From NCBI GenBank assembly GCA_002633005.1, contig NMRA01000109.1, positions 470,624-534,623 of the forward strand: a stretch of DNA of 64,000 nucleotides, written 5' to 3'. Shown piece after piece: positions 51,096-64,000 of the stretch (its first letter is position 1; the number at the start of each line of letters is the position of its first letter). The stretch comes from Phoronis australis (Eukaryota; Animalia; Phoronida). The position numbers were made by a program, and so were the translations under genes. A model generated the notes under the pieces. It searched no databases and was not told where the DNA came from. It worked only from the letters and a program-made list of their open reading frames with translations.

Positions 51096-52854
51096 ATTAC
51101 TACTCTCGTTACAATTAGTGCTACTACCACTTACTATTATATATGAATATGTCAATCTTATATGGCTTATTTTCATAAAGTCACGTGATGTGGTCAACAG
51201 ATGGCGTGCTGACAAGACTTAAAATGCTTGCAACACTTACAATTACTCTTTCAATTGGTGCACTTGTCAACTGCCACTGCTGGATTTGTCCTCTGAATTC
51301 TTTATTAGGGTGGTGGGGACATTTTGGGGGTGTAAATCGTTTAAATGAACTTGAAAACTCTTTATTTTTCATAAAAATTTCGAAAACATGCAAGAAAGCC
51401 TGTTATGCACAGATTTGCAAGAGCAAAATGACTCAGATTCTCAAATTCAAGAAGGCAAGTTTTGTTGTTAAATTGTGTATCACCCAATATCGAAAGAACT
51501 GTACCGGATTTTACAGCAACTCTCGAATCTTGTTGTATTTACCCACAATGCCGCATTATCCATCAAGCACTTTTGCAATTCGCGCCTTTGGAGTTCCATA
51601 TGTTCTTTGTTGTCGTATTCTTTACAAGTTTTTTCCTGTGGGCATGTAATACCGCTGCTGCTGCCGCTGTTTTGTTGTTGTTGTTGTTATTTTTGTTGGT
51701 ACCGATGATGTTTTTATCACTATTTCTATTAGATTGATGAAATCAGTTTGAAAAATTGTTTTCCATCTTACTACCGAGTCGTAGGTTTTGAATTTCATCA
51801 TTCTTCATGAATGTGCCTCTAATTGTGCTGCACAAACTGTAATTACAGTTCTTATTTGCACTTTTTAAAGTCTCTAACAATCAAAATGTTACTTATGCGG
51901 TCTGACCAGCTAGACTTGCCCCGTGTCGCGATGCATACGTGCTCGGATTTGTCGTGTCTGTGGCGTACAATGCTATCATAGTTAGTATCAGAGAAAAGTA
52001 TACAGAATAGCAGAGTAACTAGGTATGTCTTGCAGATGTTAGTAGACGGATAGAGATAACACAGCTCAAGGACGGACAGGTTTAGAGCGAGAGACCATGG
52101 ATATAACTAAACGCGGGATTCTTCCCACACAACATGGATATATAAAGGTCATAAGCAAGAATATTCAACGTAATTAAATGTTTTTCTAAAATTCGGCGAA
52201 AAAGAAGCGCTAGAAATAGTCGTAAATGTTCGTGTAATTTCATGCTTTGGCTTATATCGGAAAAGCCCTTTTTGTAAGCAAATTTAATTGAACGTCCTTG
52301 CGTTTGTAATTGTAGGTAAAAGTAGCAAAATCGTTAAGTTTATCCATTTTGCTGTTTTCGACCTTGATGAAGTTAAACGATCTCTTGAAGACCTTATCTA
52401 CAGAACGCCGTTAATTGTTAAGAGGGATTGAGAAAAGTCTTGCATTTAGCATTGCAATATTACCAACGCAAGTCTGTTCAGTTTCAAACAATGAATAACA
52501 CAGCTTTAGTGAAACTTATGAATTCGATAAGTACAAACAGGCACGAAACACATATGGTTTTGGGATGAGTGCTAAATTTTCACTCATATTGGACCTCTGG
52601 CTAATTGTTAGACTTGTGAGCAGAATATGTACATTGTGTTACGTTGTGAAATTATAGTTGATGTGAGCAATCTAAGACAAGACGATTATTCTTTAATAAA
52701 TTCAAAGTTACCGTGTCCAATCGTATCACACTTAATGGCTACACTTGAGTTCACCTCTAGTTTCGTATTGAACGCTAAAATATGATCGAGAGTAAATGCC
52801 CACACACATTACGGTACCAGATTGAGGGCTAATTCTAACCAGTGGTTGTATTTG

Positions 52855-52860
52855 TCCACA

Positions 52861-52892
<32 letters not shown>

Positions 52893-52965
52893 ACACACAC
52901 ACACACACAAACACACAAACACACGCACGTGCACGCACACACACATATACATACACACATACAAA
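52855..52965. repeat. (CA)n microsatellite
   Basis: Directly visible. Confidence 0.9.
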
Positions 52966-53084
52966 CCAACATACTTGCATCCATGCCAACCAATCTGGCG
53001 CTCTTTAGTAATTTTTGAAAAATGTGAATATACTCAACAACTCTTAGACGGAAAATACCATAATAAGAGTTATTATATTAACAC

Positions 53085-53170
53085 TGAGGAGGCAGTGTGC
53101 ATAGAACCCGCTTCTTTTACTCAAGGTCGTGGGTTCGAATCCCACTGGGGTCCACTGCTAGGACCTTGAA
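53085..53170 (+). mobile_element. tRNA-derived SINE head remnant
   Basis: B-box GGTTCGAATCC (53132-53142) within a perfect T-arm GTGGG/CCCAC. No complete cloverleaf. Confidence 0.5.
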
Positions 53171-56063
53171 TCAGATCTCTACCTCCTCAGATCTGTTTAA
53201 GTGTATATTAATAAAGCGTAAAAATGTTTCCACATGATCAGTGCAGTGGTCCCACCTCAGCGGCCAGCGCACGTCTCATACAACGTAAGCTAGACCGCCT
53301 GGACTTATTTTATACATGATCAAGTTAATTTTTTTCTAAAAAACAGCTTATAGAAATAAAAGGAAATGTGCGAGGAATAAAATTAATCACATGATTGTGA
53401 AAACATAAGTAATTATTTTAAAAGATTTCAATAAGATCAGTAGAAACGTTTATGACGTACTCTTCAAAATGACAATTTCACCTGATCGTGGCTAGTACTT
53501 AAATAATAAAGACGGGATGCTCAAACTGAATATATCGTAATTCCGGAAATTTTTCGTTAAAGAAATTTTCACTAGTCTATTTTACAAATGATAAAGAGTT
53601 GGGATGGTCAGTTGATAAGATTTATTGAAATGTTCAGATGTACAAATGACGACAATGTCTACTTCGAGGAAGTATGTGCAGTAATCCACTTAAATAGAAT
53701 CGAATCGAAGTAAAATGTTTGCCTTGGTTGTAATTCGTACTTTTACAGTGGTACTACTTCAAAAATTGAAATGGTTATAAAGTATTTGATAGATGCATTT
53801 GAAATGTACATGGGATCATTTTGATGTCAAGTTCACGAGTGAGTTACAAGAAGATAACATGAGAAACGGGGTTTTGCTTTTCACCAAACAACAGTGACAT
53901 GATTCTTGCATTACTTGAAGATGCATTGTGCGCTATAATGTGGCTAAAAAAAAGAAAATGGAAATCTGCCTGACTACTTTTGTCAAACTGGTCTCAGTGT
54001 TCTTAAGTGCAACAGGATTTCATTCCCGAATCAAGTCACAAGCAATACGCCAAATTTTCAATTTTAGTTTGCCAACGCAAGAAAACGTGTTTCATTGAGT
54101 CGGTGACGGTTTCCATGTTCTTGTTGGTGGCGGAAATAGAATAACCTAAGGGATATTATAAGACCAATTTTATGAAAGTAAAAGGCTCAATTCGCTTTGT
54201 GTTTTTTAGCCAGCTAAACTGAGCGAAATGCCGCTTCAATACGAAGATTACTATGCTGTACATGTAATATACACAGACACAATAATAAACGCTCCCTGGT
54301 AAACAATCTTTAATGTGCCATTCTTCTCAAAATGTTGGAATAAAACTCGTCAATTATGTATTGCAATTGAGTTGATTAGTGATTCCGGTCAGTTTCTTGT
54401 ACGACCATTCTGTCTATTACTTCGTTATTTAACGACTGCGTCATGTTTTACGGTTGCACCTTTTGGTATGGAAAATATGGTTTTGTAAATGAAGGTGAAT
54501 AGATTATGTGGTAAAGCTATCCTTATTAATCCCATTGACCGTTGAGAGATAGGTTGTCTTATCTCGGTTTATCCACCCAGTCGAAGATGTTTGCGTGTGA
54601 AAAGACCAAAGTATGAATCACCGTGGTCTTATCAACTTTCAGTGTATCAATTTCACAACTGTATCTGCGAGTGCGCTCAGACTTATACGAGTATTGTTTT
54701 CAATTTTGGGGGTAAAACTCCAAGAAATAGAATTTCAACGCAACCTAGTCTAGTTTAGCTAGATAATGCATGTTCAACGAGTCGTCGACTTTTTTAATCT
54801 TAACAGAGTGGGTAACTTGGACTGAGTAAGGGGCAATGTTCGTGGAATTTTTTTAATATATGTACCATGAGCGTGATTTTTAATTTTACTTCTTTATATT
54901 CATTAAACACAGTTTATTATTTTTAGTGGTGCACCAACAAAGTGACCGCCACAATATGTTACAGAACTTTCACGATAAAAATCAATTATTATATGACCTG
55001 GACAAATTATGAAGTTATAAACTCATATATTGATGTCACCAATTCGCCGTGTTGACCGCTCATACCTACATATTGACCGCTGCTGTGGTAACGCAATTTT
55101 AATCGCTTTTGAATATATTTGTAACGTAATACAATTCTCATCGCGATTCGATACAAGTGTCTGGTTTGCAAGCCGAAAACGAAAGTCTGTTAAGCCTTTT
55201 ACGTCATCCGGATTCTGAAGTCATGTAAGCCACCAGCATCAAGGCATCCAAGTTCTTACCATCACAACATTGTACGAAACGTGTTTTCAAAAGCTACAAA
55301 TGTTCCTTGACTTTTAATACAAGTCATTTGCGCGGACTTACGCGCGTGCGCTGTTCTCAATGCTGGTATTTTCCAGTCAAAATAGCCAATACGTCAGCTG
55401 AAACAGAGATTCAGGGTTGAGTTAGTGACTAAAGTTAAAAGGCGTAGTTGCTGTTTAATAGTCAAGTTTACTCTTGTTTATTTTCACTTATGTGTCAGAA
55501 ACAAAGCAAAACCCCTGACAATCTCTACCTGTTCTATCTCTGCTGAAGGAGAAGTCAGTCGTCATATTATTGTCATTTCTTTTTACTAGTGTTATGCCTT
55601 TACTAATCTTTCGGTCCCTAACATCAGAGAAAGCGTTCAAAAGAGGTTAATACAACTGCTCGACTCCCACTCGTCCGTGAAATTGACATGATACCCGGTA
55701 GGCTTAGAGATCCAATGTGTTGCAGTAATACTACATCGCGCACGAAAGATAACGGTAAAAATGTTTTTTAAAAATTACGAATTGCGTGACACGCTTAATG
55801 CTATCTTAGTAAGCCTGACGCATACTTTCGGAAATGCACATAGCCTTTTAAGTCTTACTCATGTTTTCAGAATTTCCCGATAGGCCTATATTTTTCTACT
55901 TTAAAGTGGTTTCAAGACTATCAGTTCAAATGCGTATGAATTTACGTCATTACATTACTGTTAGTGGTTATTCCCTACGCCATCTCTCACTGGTAAAATC
56001 TCAATTTTTGTGGCTGACAAACTCTAACTAAATCCATCGATTACTGATGGTCTCTTTTTCCAG

Positions 56064-56437
56064 GAGCGCCACATTTTGGATTGGAAGACGAAAACAAAAG
56101 AACGCGTACTGCTTACACTCGAGGCCAGTTACTGGAGCTGGAAAAGGAATTTCATTTTAATAAATATATATCGCGCCCAAGACGAATAGAGCTGGCTGCT
56201 TTACTGAATCTTACTGAACGCCATATCAAGATATGGTTTCAAAATCGAAGAATGAAATGGAAGAAGGATGAAGCTAAACGACGCCCGCGCCCTCTATCGC
56301 CGAATTCAAACACAATGGCCGACTCCGTTCCTTCACCAACATCTATAGCGGAAAATGAGGCGATTGAAAATGGAAACAAGGAGGCGGAAATTAAAAACGA
56401 AAAAGACACCGAAGTCCAGACAAAATCAGACGTTTAG
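56064..56437 (+). CDS. Xlox: ParaHox Xlox/Pdx, homeodomain exon
   Basis: Acceptor TCTCTTTTTCCAG, phase 1 ([13 protein letters not shown]). Homeodomain [58 protein letters not shown] with the Xlox-diagnostic His in [11 protein letters not shown] at 56435-56437. Confidence 0.97.
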
Positions 56438-56752
56438 CACCAGTCAAGTGTGAGCTACATAGTACGCAATTTACAACAACAATCGGTCACAGCGACTCTA
56501 TGGTCAAATATGGGGTCCAGACCAGGCAGTGATTATCAATATGGTTTTGATGCTTATTATATCCGAGGGTATTATTGTGATCCCAATATGTTGATTCTGT
56601 GATCTTGTAAACGGTCCAGACAGACACAGCCGGAGTCTTTCACGAAGCATTGCCAATAGCCAAGTGGGATCGATGCTTAATTATCGCCGTCTGCCAATGC
56701 ACATGGAGGTAATCTTACCTTTTATTGAATACAGGGGGCACACTCTTGCCAT

Positions 56753-56758
56753 AATAAA
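56753..56758 (+). terminator. Candidate Xlox polyadenylation signal
   Basis: AATAAA about 315 nt after the stop, followed by a GT/T-rich stretch. Confidence 0.45.
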
Positions 56759-57354
56759 TCATGCCTTGTGTGATATTTTGCCAACGGTCTCTCGAAAGCC
56801 TGTGGTGAGTTAATAAGTCCCTCTCTCCCACGAGTCGCTATGTATCGACATTTGTTTCACGAACCACCTACGACAAATAATTTTGTTGTTGCTTAAAGCA
56901 GCTACTGACCCAAGGCAAGCAAGAACAGGCTGTAGACTTGCATTGAAGATGCCAGTGACACTAGCCACGACACCATACCGATGCAATGAACTGACGTGCG
57001 TTCCGTAAGGCTAGTGCAGTGTACTTTGAGAGTTTGGCGAGGCCACGTGAGATCACACCATGGACAGACAAGGTCTCACTGGGGATTCAAGCGTAAAAAA
57101 AGACTCGCAGCATTACTACCACTAGCAAAATAGCCTCCATTGAAGTGGCTGGAGGGCTAACCCGGGATAATAAATTATGGGAGAAAATTGACTATTACCG
57201 ATGAATATGCCAAGACTTCTAATGATTGGCGTTGAAGAAGCTGTCCCTGTCCATGACTGCGTGAACGATGGAAGCTGTAAGTTCATGTGAAAGTAGTGTG
57301 AATTGACGTTGGTCGAATTTGCAAGTCGCGTGAATAGGTGGCTAGTGTGAAGAC

Positions 57355-57594
57355 CATGCGCGCACCTAGCCTTTAATATGGGGGGCTCGATTTTCTGACG
57401 ATGTGGACCTTTTGCTGACAAGAAAGCGGGGGGACTAAAAAACCGGGTACCACCTCCTCAGTGCGTCTGCGCCTTTTTAGTGGACTTTTGTCTCGTTTTC
57501 TCGGACTTTTTGTTTCTCTGAGGCGGACCTTTTTGCCACCTCGCAAAATGGAGGGGCTCCTTCGAGTCCCCCGAGCCCCCTGGGTGCGCGTATG
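57355..57594. mobile_element. MITE with 5-bp TSD (hAT5-like)
   Basis: TIR CATGCGCGCACC/GGTGCGCGTATG with TSD AAGAC. Confidence 0.75.
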
Positions 57595-59899
57595 AAGACT
57601 CAAAACAACTCAGTGATTGCGAAACCAAACAACAAGAATATCGCTAGACGGCGCAGTCGTACTTTCGCTAAGAGATAACCTTGCAGGATAATTACCAGAT
57701 GTATTTGAACATAACCAGATCTGTGACCGAAGCCTAATTTTTTTCTCGAAGTCGTTTGAAATATTCTGTTCTACTTTTGTGCGAATTCGAGGTTAGTGTC
57801 TATTATTCTCTGTTCGAGTACGTTGTGAATTACATGGATGATTGTCAAGTTTGCACTTGATGACCCCAGCATTAGTCTGAAATCGACATCTCGAGTTTTT
57901 ACTCCAACTTGCAGCTCAAATTTAGGGTTCACCAAGTGCCGCAGCATTTAAAATGCATAGTGCTATCCTTGAGGAGACAGTACTCTAATAGGATACCCAT
58001 TGAGACATATAACAAGTATGCTACAACGGACCAGGTGACCGGAAATCCACGTAAGGTGCAGATCCTGCATAATTTTTTGTCATAGAGAAGAATCCTCCTC
58101 TCCAAGGGGGCTGGCCTTGGATTCAGTTGTGCTTCCACTGTTGAACGTTGGATAGTTTCGGTAACACGTCCATGCTTTTAATTCGATTTCCTTTATTCCG
58201 TAAGCTTCACGCAACAAACAAAAGCAGACAATTTCTAACAGGAGAGATCGTGTTGCGAGAATTTACTGAACGGTAAAATCACTATTAACTTGAAAACTTA
58301 TTTCCATGGTTGTCGCATTGTCAATGGCGGCGTTAGCTTTAGTGCGAACAATGTGGTTTCGGTTTTCGTCGTCGCCAATGGCAGACTTGCAAAGCATAGC
58401 AGAGTGCTAACTATGCCCAACATTCTTTTGACTTCAGTGAAATTTGAATTATGTATGTTGTCTTATTTCTGACTGACAAACGCTTTTTTCGTTGAACCTG
58501 GTGTTCACTTCATTGAACAGGTAAGATTAACTGAGCCTGACGTTGGATACCAGAAGAACGCGTAGTCACAATTTATGCATAAAAAGAAAAAATATTTAAA
58601 CGTTTGACATACGTCGTTGATGAGAATCGGCGCGGCAACAGCAGTGCTAGGGGTCTACAAAAACAACGCCAGCCCTCATAAACGCCCAACAATATCATAG
58701 TAAAAGTGGGTGGTAATTTTCGACAATTTGTAGTCCCGTCACGAACACAGATTTCTGCCCACAATTGATGAAATCGAAATGAAATTTGGAAATAAGCTAT
58801 TTTATTGAAATGTGAGTTTGGAAATGTATACATCCATGTTAAATCTGCGACTTTATTAAGTTGTAGTCTAAATACAACGTTACCGATCGGCTTTCACTTT
58901 GGTCGGTAACGTAGTGTTCCATTTTTACACCTACGCAATTGGGTATGCTCTGTTAAATCAAATAAGATGCAAAAGCATGCGAATATCACTTCTATTAATC
59001 TCAAAACCAAGAGCATTTTCGAGTACTTGAAATTGAATATTTTGGAGAACCTTTTTACTTCGTCTGACAATTGTTTGCAGTTGTTGTTAAAATGTATAGA
59101 GTACTTATTGTACAGTATTGTATTTGACATTTCTGAGCTTTGCACGGGAGTAATGCCAAGTGTCTAAACCACATGCTAAGGCCTGTAGAATAGTTTTCGT
59201 GTTGCTTAGTTGTTTTGTTTGTACCTTGACAAATCGTTTCTAGTATACGGTGCTGTGCATGACTGATTCTCTGATCTCAACATGTGCCAATAAAGTTATG
59301 TGTCTTGTGATATCCATAAACGTGTCGTTCTGATTTGAAAATGGAGAAAGCACTATTCCAGGTGATTGATATCTTGGAAGACTTGCGTGATCTTGCATGT
59401 GCAAGATACTAGCCACGTAATCACACTCTCTATTAAGTTCCAAGTTCTTGGATACAATACGCCAATACGTCAGGGGTCTGTCTCTCCAAGAATATTTGTC
59501 ATTTGGCTTTTGGCAAAAATCATTCTTCAGATGGCTTAAGCTGATTCACGAAATCACCAGGTTAAAGCTATATGTCAGAAAATCTGTCTTTAACTCGGAG
59601 CCGAAAGACAGTAATCCGTAGCCTGCTTGGGAACAGGCTAAAAGCTAAAGACAAATAAACGAGATAAAATCGCTCTTTGTCTATAGCATACTCCTCGAGA
59701 CACAGGCCACTGGCCAATAAAAAGCTCACCAATTTATAGCAATGAGTGTGTCATAAAAACAGGTTTTCTTCTGCCCTGGATTGCTCTTATCCAATGTCAT
59801 TGCAACGATGAAGTGTAGGTTTTCAGTCTAGTTAGGCAACGAATCAGTAAATGACGTATAGTCAGTGACGTCATCCATTGTCTATTCATCGACGTTTAA

Positions 59900-60620
59900 C
59901 AGCAGCTCCACTTCCACTACTATCTCATAACTATATCATCATTACCTTCACAACAACTTCTAATGACCCACACTTATCATCCAACCACGACCACGACAAT
60001 CAAAAGCATCCCTGCCGCCATCATTATCACCTCTTGTAACTTCCAGCTCCACCATCACCATCGCTTTCACTTCCACTTTGTCTGTGTCCGGTATCACTGT
60101 TGTCCTTTTTACGGTTTGCGATTCGTGGAATATCGACCGTGCAACCCAACTCGATTGGCTGGAAACATACGTGTACATTCTCTCTTTTCCTTTTTCGGCT
60201 TCATTCTGCTTTGGATGATCGGCATCCCACAATAAATTACAATGTGGCGTATCCTTCTATCAGTAAAAGGTCAATTGCTACTTGGAACTGTTGATTTTTG
60301 CACTAATTTTACACAACTCAAACGACGTCATTACTACCACCACCATCAGTGTCTCCTCTATCACCACCAACTACAGACAAGCACTACTGCCACAATAACA
60401 CATATCCACATTACCATTACCAATACAGCTATAACTGTCACTGACACAGGCATTACAACCACCAATCAAGTGCAACTATCACTATGAACATCACCACTAC
60501 AATTACCACTATTAACACTCTTATCGCACCCACACCACACCCTGGTCACATCCATTTTCAGCATCTCCATTACCATCGCTGCTACCAACACCACAAAAAC
60601 GGACACCACACCACTAGTAT
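59900..60620. repeat. Degenerate (CAC/CAT/TAC)n low-complexity region
   Basis: Two decayed trinucleotide tracts that give spurious His/Thr-rich ORFs. Confidence 0.65.
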
Positions 60621-62274
60621 TCAATTTTCACTGAGTTTTTGAACCAATAAACTGATTTTGTTGCAAGGGACGGAAATGTTACATTATTGCACGCATGCAT
60701 CTTGTGCGAAACATCACTGTAGATCTTCCAAATGCCTTCTGGTTCTTGTCACAAAATCCAAAAGCCCTCCAGACTGCATTTCGTAGTCATGCAGAAGCCG
60801 GTCTCCATATTATACTTGCGGGTCGTGCATTTTCCAGTCCTGAGAAGAACATAGCCGCACAATTTACTCTCAATTTGAACTTCGTTTCATCTTGACCACA
60901 AACGCTAATAACATTTTTTAACCTTCGCCGATGCCACTGGCATCTGTACCACGTACCAGCATCACCACAATCTACATCTGCAAGGCAGTGTAGTCTGATG
61001 GCAGAGCAACCGGTCTATTTTGCCAAAATTGGCATGACTGATCGCACGTAAGACGGTTGTAGAAGCGTTTTTGCCACCTAAGTCGACGTTGCGTTTTCGT
61101 AAGCGCGAAACATTGCTTTCATAGTTACAGTAGTTCTCGTTCAAGATTAACTTTCATTTTTATAACCAACATTTATAAATTGTGTGTCAGTAAAAATCCA
61201 AGATACGGCCTACCTGAAATGAATGCAGTCGTATAACCTTAGATAAAAAGGAGGCTCGCATAAAATACGGTGAAAACCCACTGAAGTATGTGCGAGGAGG
61301 TAAATATTCCAATTGAGATACAAATACTGACGCAACCTTCTCGATGCAGCCCTCAGCATTGCTATCAGTTCCAACATAAAGAGTTGTTGCAATTCACAAA
61401 CGTTTAGGCAAAAACCTGGAAATCTAAAGGTACACAATGGTAATAGGGGTGATTGAAGTTCACTGAACCAACCCATGCACTCACTATTTCACATTCATGT
61501 ACCGATGCAAAAACAATGCGGGGAGTTCATTTTGTAGAAACACAGCGGTCATGGAATCTCTGAAAGCAAACCCACCTCACGTCATAAAGTTTCTGACAAG
61601 TCAAATATGGATAACACGGTAGACACCTACTGCTAAGACGATAGCAGTGGCGATGGAACCTCCGGCCGCAACCCAACACACATCATCGACACTGCTATCA
61701 TTATATACTAGTGCTAGCTACAGTGAAGCAAAAACCAAACAAATCATTCCTTAAATACGCCTGTAGCCCACCAGCATTTCAACATCAATTCTTTGAAAAG
61801 TGTTGCGTCTAAAACTATCCCAACTATACATACCAACACTCCTTCCACTATTACCACCAATCACCTTCACATGGCCCTTGATCTCTTGAAATTAAGATGG
61901 AATATCGGCCCCATTCCCCTCTCAAAAACATTTAAAAATCACGCTTAATTCCCCCTCTGAACGATCGAAAGTTCCCCTCATGGTTTTAACCTCAGCCTGG
62001 CAATCTACAAATATCGTATTCAAACCACTGACTTTCGTCACGAGCCGCCAGATAACGGAAACGCCACAAATTGGTTTGCTTGTACAGTAAGTGACACATG
62101 CAGGAGTACTACAACCAGTTTTGCGTTATTTCATTTTCGTGCATTGAAAACACAAAAGTAGAAGACCACTTCCATTCGTCTGCGGCTCAAAATGGCAGAC
62201 AAACAGGTTCTACAAGAGAAGAATAACTCAAAGCCATGCGGCGGAGCATAGATACACACAGATGAACTTGCTGT

Positions 62275-62465
62275 ACACTGAAACGCCGTAAAAATGTGAC
62301 AATTTCGTAAAATGTAACAACTGTTACATTTTACACCACTGTTACATTTTACGTTGCTATGCCTCTCCTAAAATGAAACGAATTGTTACATTTTATGTAA
62401 CTGTTACAATTTACGTCGATTGCACATGCGAGAAATGTAGCATTGTAACATTTTACGAAAGCGAC
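62275..62465. mobile_element. MITE-like fragment with repeated TGTTACATTTTAC motifs in both orientations
   Basis: GTAAAATGTAACA and TGTTACATTTTAC are reiterated several times. Confidence 0.55.
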
Positions 62466-63519
62466 GTCATATTTCATGAGTTAACATGGTATTTGTCACA
62501 CGGAAGAAAACGGTTCATACACTTAACGACTGTGCCAGCTCAAATTGATAGATGTGTCCCTATGTGCTTTCCATTGTTTTAACATGAGTAGCCTCTTGGT
62601 ATAGTAAAAATGTACCCTGTACAGTTTCAACTCCAGACGAAAGGAGTTTCCAGGATCAGGTAATACGTTTTTTATTGTTAAAACGTTCTTGCAATCTTTT
62701 CTTGGCGCTCACAGGTCATAAACAAATTGTGTATCCGGCATTACAGTAAACATACTTCCCTTGGTAAGCAAAATACAAACAGTGACATCCTATTTTGACT
62801 AACATTCATCGCATTTCTTCGGGAACAAACAACCATAATATTTTTACGGAGAAATCAATTGCGAAAGCCAGTTTGATACTTTCATTTATTTCAGCTGCCT
62901 TGGAGTCATGGCTAATGCAGTAATTGCACTGTTCCACACAAAAGGAGCGAGATCGAAGTTTCTGATGGTGACGGGTTCTGTCTACCCCCTTAGTTGCGAA
63001 CTTCTTAAAGGCATTGTGGTGGAAGGAAATGAAAGCACGCATTTTTACCACTTCAACAACAAAAGGTCGCCTTAAACAGTGGTGGCATAGTCCCGTGTTT
63101 AAGCATCTTAAAAGCTGAAAGAAATATCATTGTTCCTATGTAGTCAAACCTGTCTGAAATATTGGTGGTAGCAACCTATCAAAACGTGACGTGTATATGT
63201 AAAATGGGAGGCGTAGCTAGGAAATAGAAAATAGTTTGGCACTCTGAAAGGACATCATCATTTAAGTTAAAATGTCAATTAAAATTGCTATTTTGTCAAT
63301 GTTCGTTAGTTCGAAGTACACATAAGTAAATACAGATATTGGATATTCTACGCTTAATGGACGTGAAGCCACCTGTCTCGTGAGGCGCCGTTTTTGGGGC
63401 TGTAGCTCTGTTATCAACAACACGCGTGGTTGTAGGCAGATAAGAGAATTTTGTATATCTTTCGTGATTTCTTGAAATATATACATGTGGCCATAGGCCC
63501 AAAGTATAACGTGTACAAG

Positions 63520-64000
63520 ACAGAACATTGTCAGGTGCGTAACAAAGCGAATGATAAATTGTGACGCTTAAGAGCATGATGGACGAATTTTAGAAGTAGG
63601 ATATCCGGAGTTCTCATGAGCGATTCAAATTTAGATTTCGTGGGAGAATGACAAAAATGATCACTTAAGTACTTAACCCAAAGGTCTTGGTAAGCACTGG
63701 AAACTAACACAAGGTGGTATTCGTCTTCTACACATCCCCAATAACATAAGTCACAAAACCTATTTTCATACGGAATATTTGTGTGGCGACCTCTTTCCAC
63801 TAGTAACGAATGATTTGAACATCGCAATCGAATGCCATTCGACATCAGATTGCCAGCCTTGCAAATAACAGTCGTTGACACGTTGAGAAAAAACGGTCAA
63901 GAAATAGGATTGGTTTACCACACCCTGATTAATCCATACATCTGAAATACAGACAGAAGTTTCTTTACAAAACTTGCCCAATTATAGGAAGATCTTTCGA
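63520..64000 (-). mobile_element. RTE-X/CR1-type LINE 3' end with CCHC finger, continuing beyond the window
   Basis: SDVWINQGV..FSQRVNDCYLQGW and LRCSNHSLLVERGRHTNIPYENRFCDLC..VEDEYHLVL..YQDL. Confidence 0.8.

Noticed and set aside
53085-53170. tRNA gene
   Set aside because: Only the T-arm and B-box are intact, with no acceptor stem or D-arm. Treated as a SINE remnant.
56081-56083. TTG start of a stand-alone 118-aa homeodomain ORF as listed in the ORF track
   Set aside because: It is an internal Leu codon of the spliced exon that begins at 56064.
59960-60487. His/Thr-rich ORFs
   Set aside because: Products of degenerate trinucleotide repeats, with no splice or domain support.

Overview
Repeat-rich animal genomic DNA, probably spiralian or mollusc-like (inferred from the Xlox C-terminal flank), with two N-gaps (14016-14363, 30283-30918). 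Two spliced protein-coding genes can be rebuilt by hand on the + strand. (1) The 3' part of a single-pass membrane protein with a SEA domain: exons 3061-3342, 5701-5872, 6634-6803, a 24-nt microexon 10102-10125, and 20901-21052. (2) The ParaHox gene Xlox/Pdx: coding exons 43681-44173 and 56064-56437, 288 aa, 11.9-kb intron. No Gsx or Cdx homeobox is visible. The rest is mostly transposon remains: Penelope with a hammerhead ribozyme, Ingi-like, Loa-like and RTE-X-like LINEs, a DIRS/Ngaro tyrosine recombinase, P- and ISL2EU-type THAP elements, HINE/Helentron-like elements, MITEs and a solo LTR. The most notable observations are an inverted HINE pair that forms divergent arrays of CTCF-like motifs between the two genes, a candidate 7-nt 5'UTR microexon and an overlapping uORF in Xlox, and an atypical FAWMK hexapeptide.
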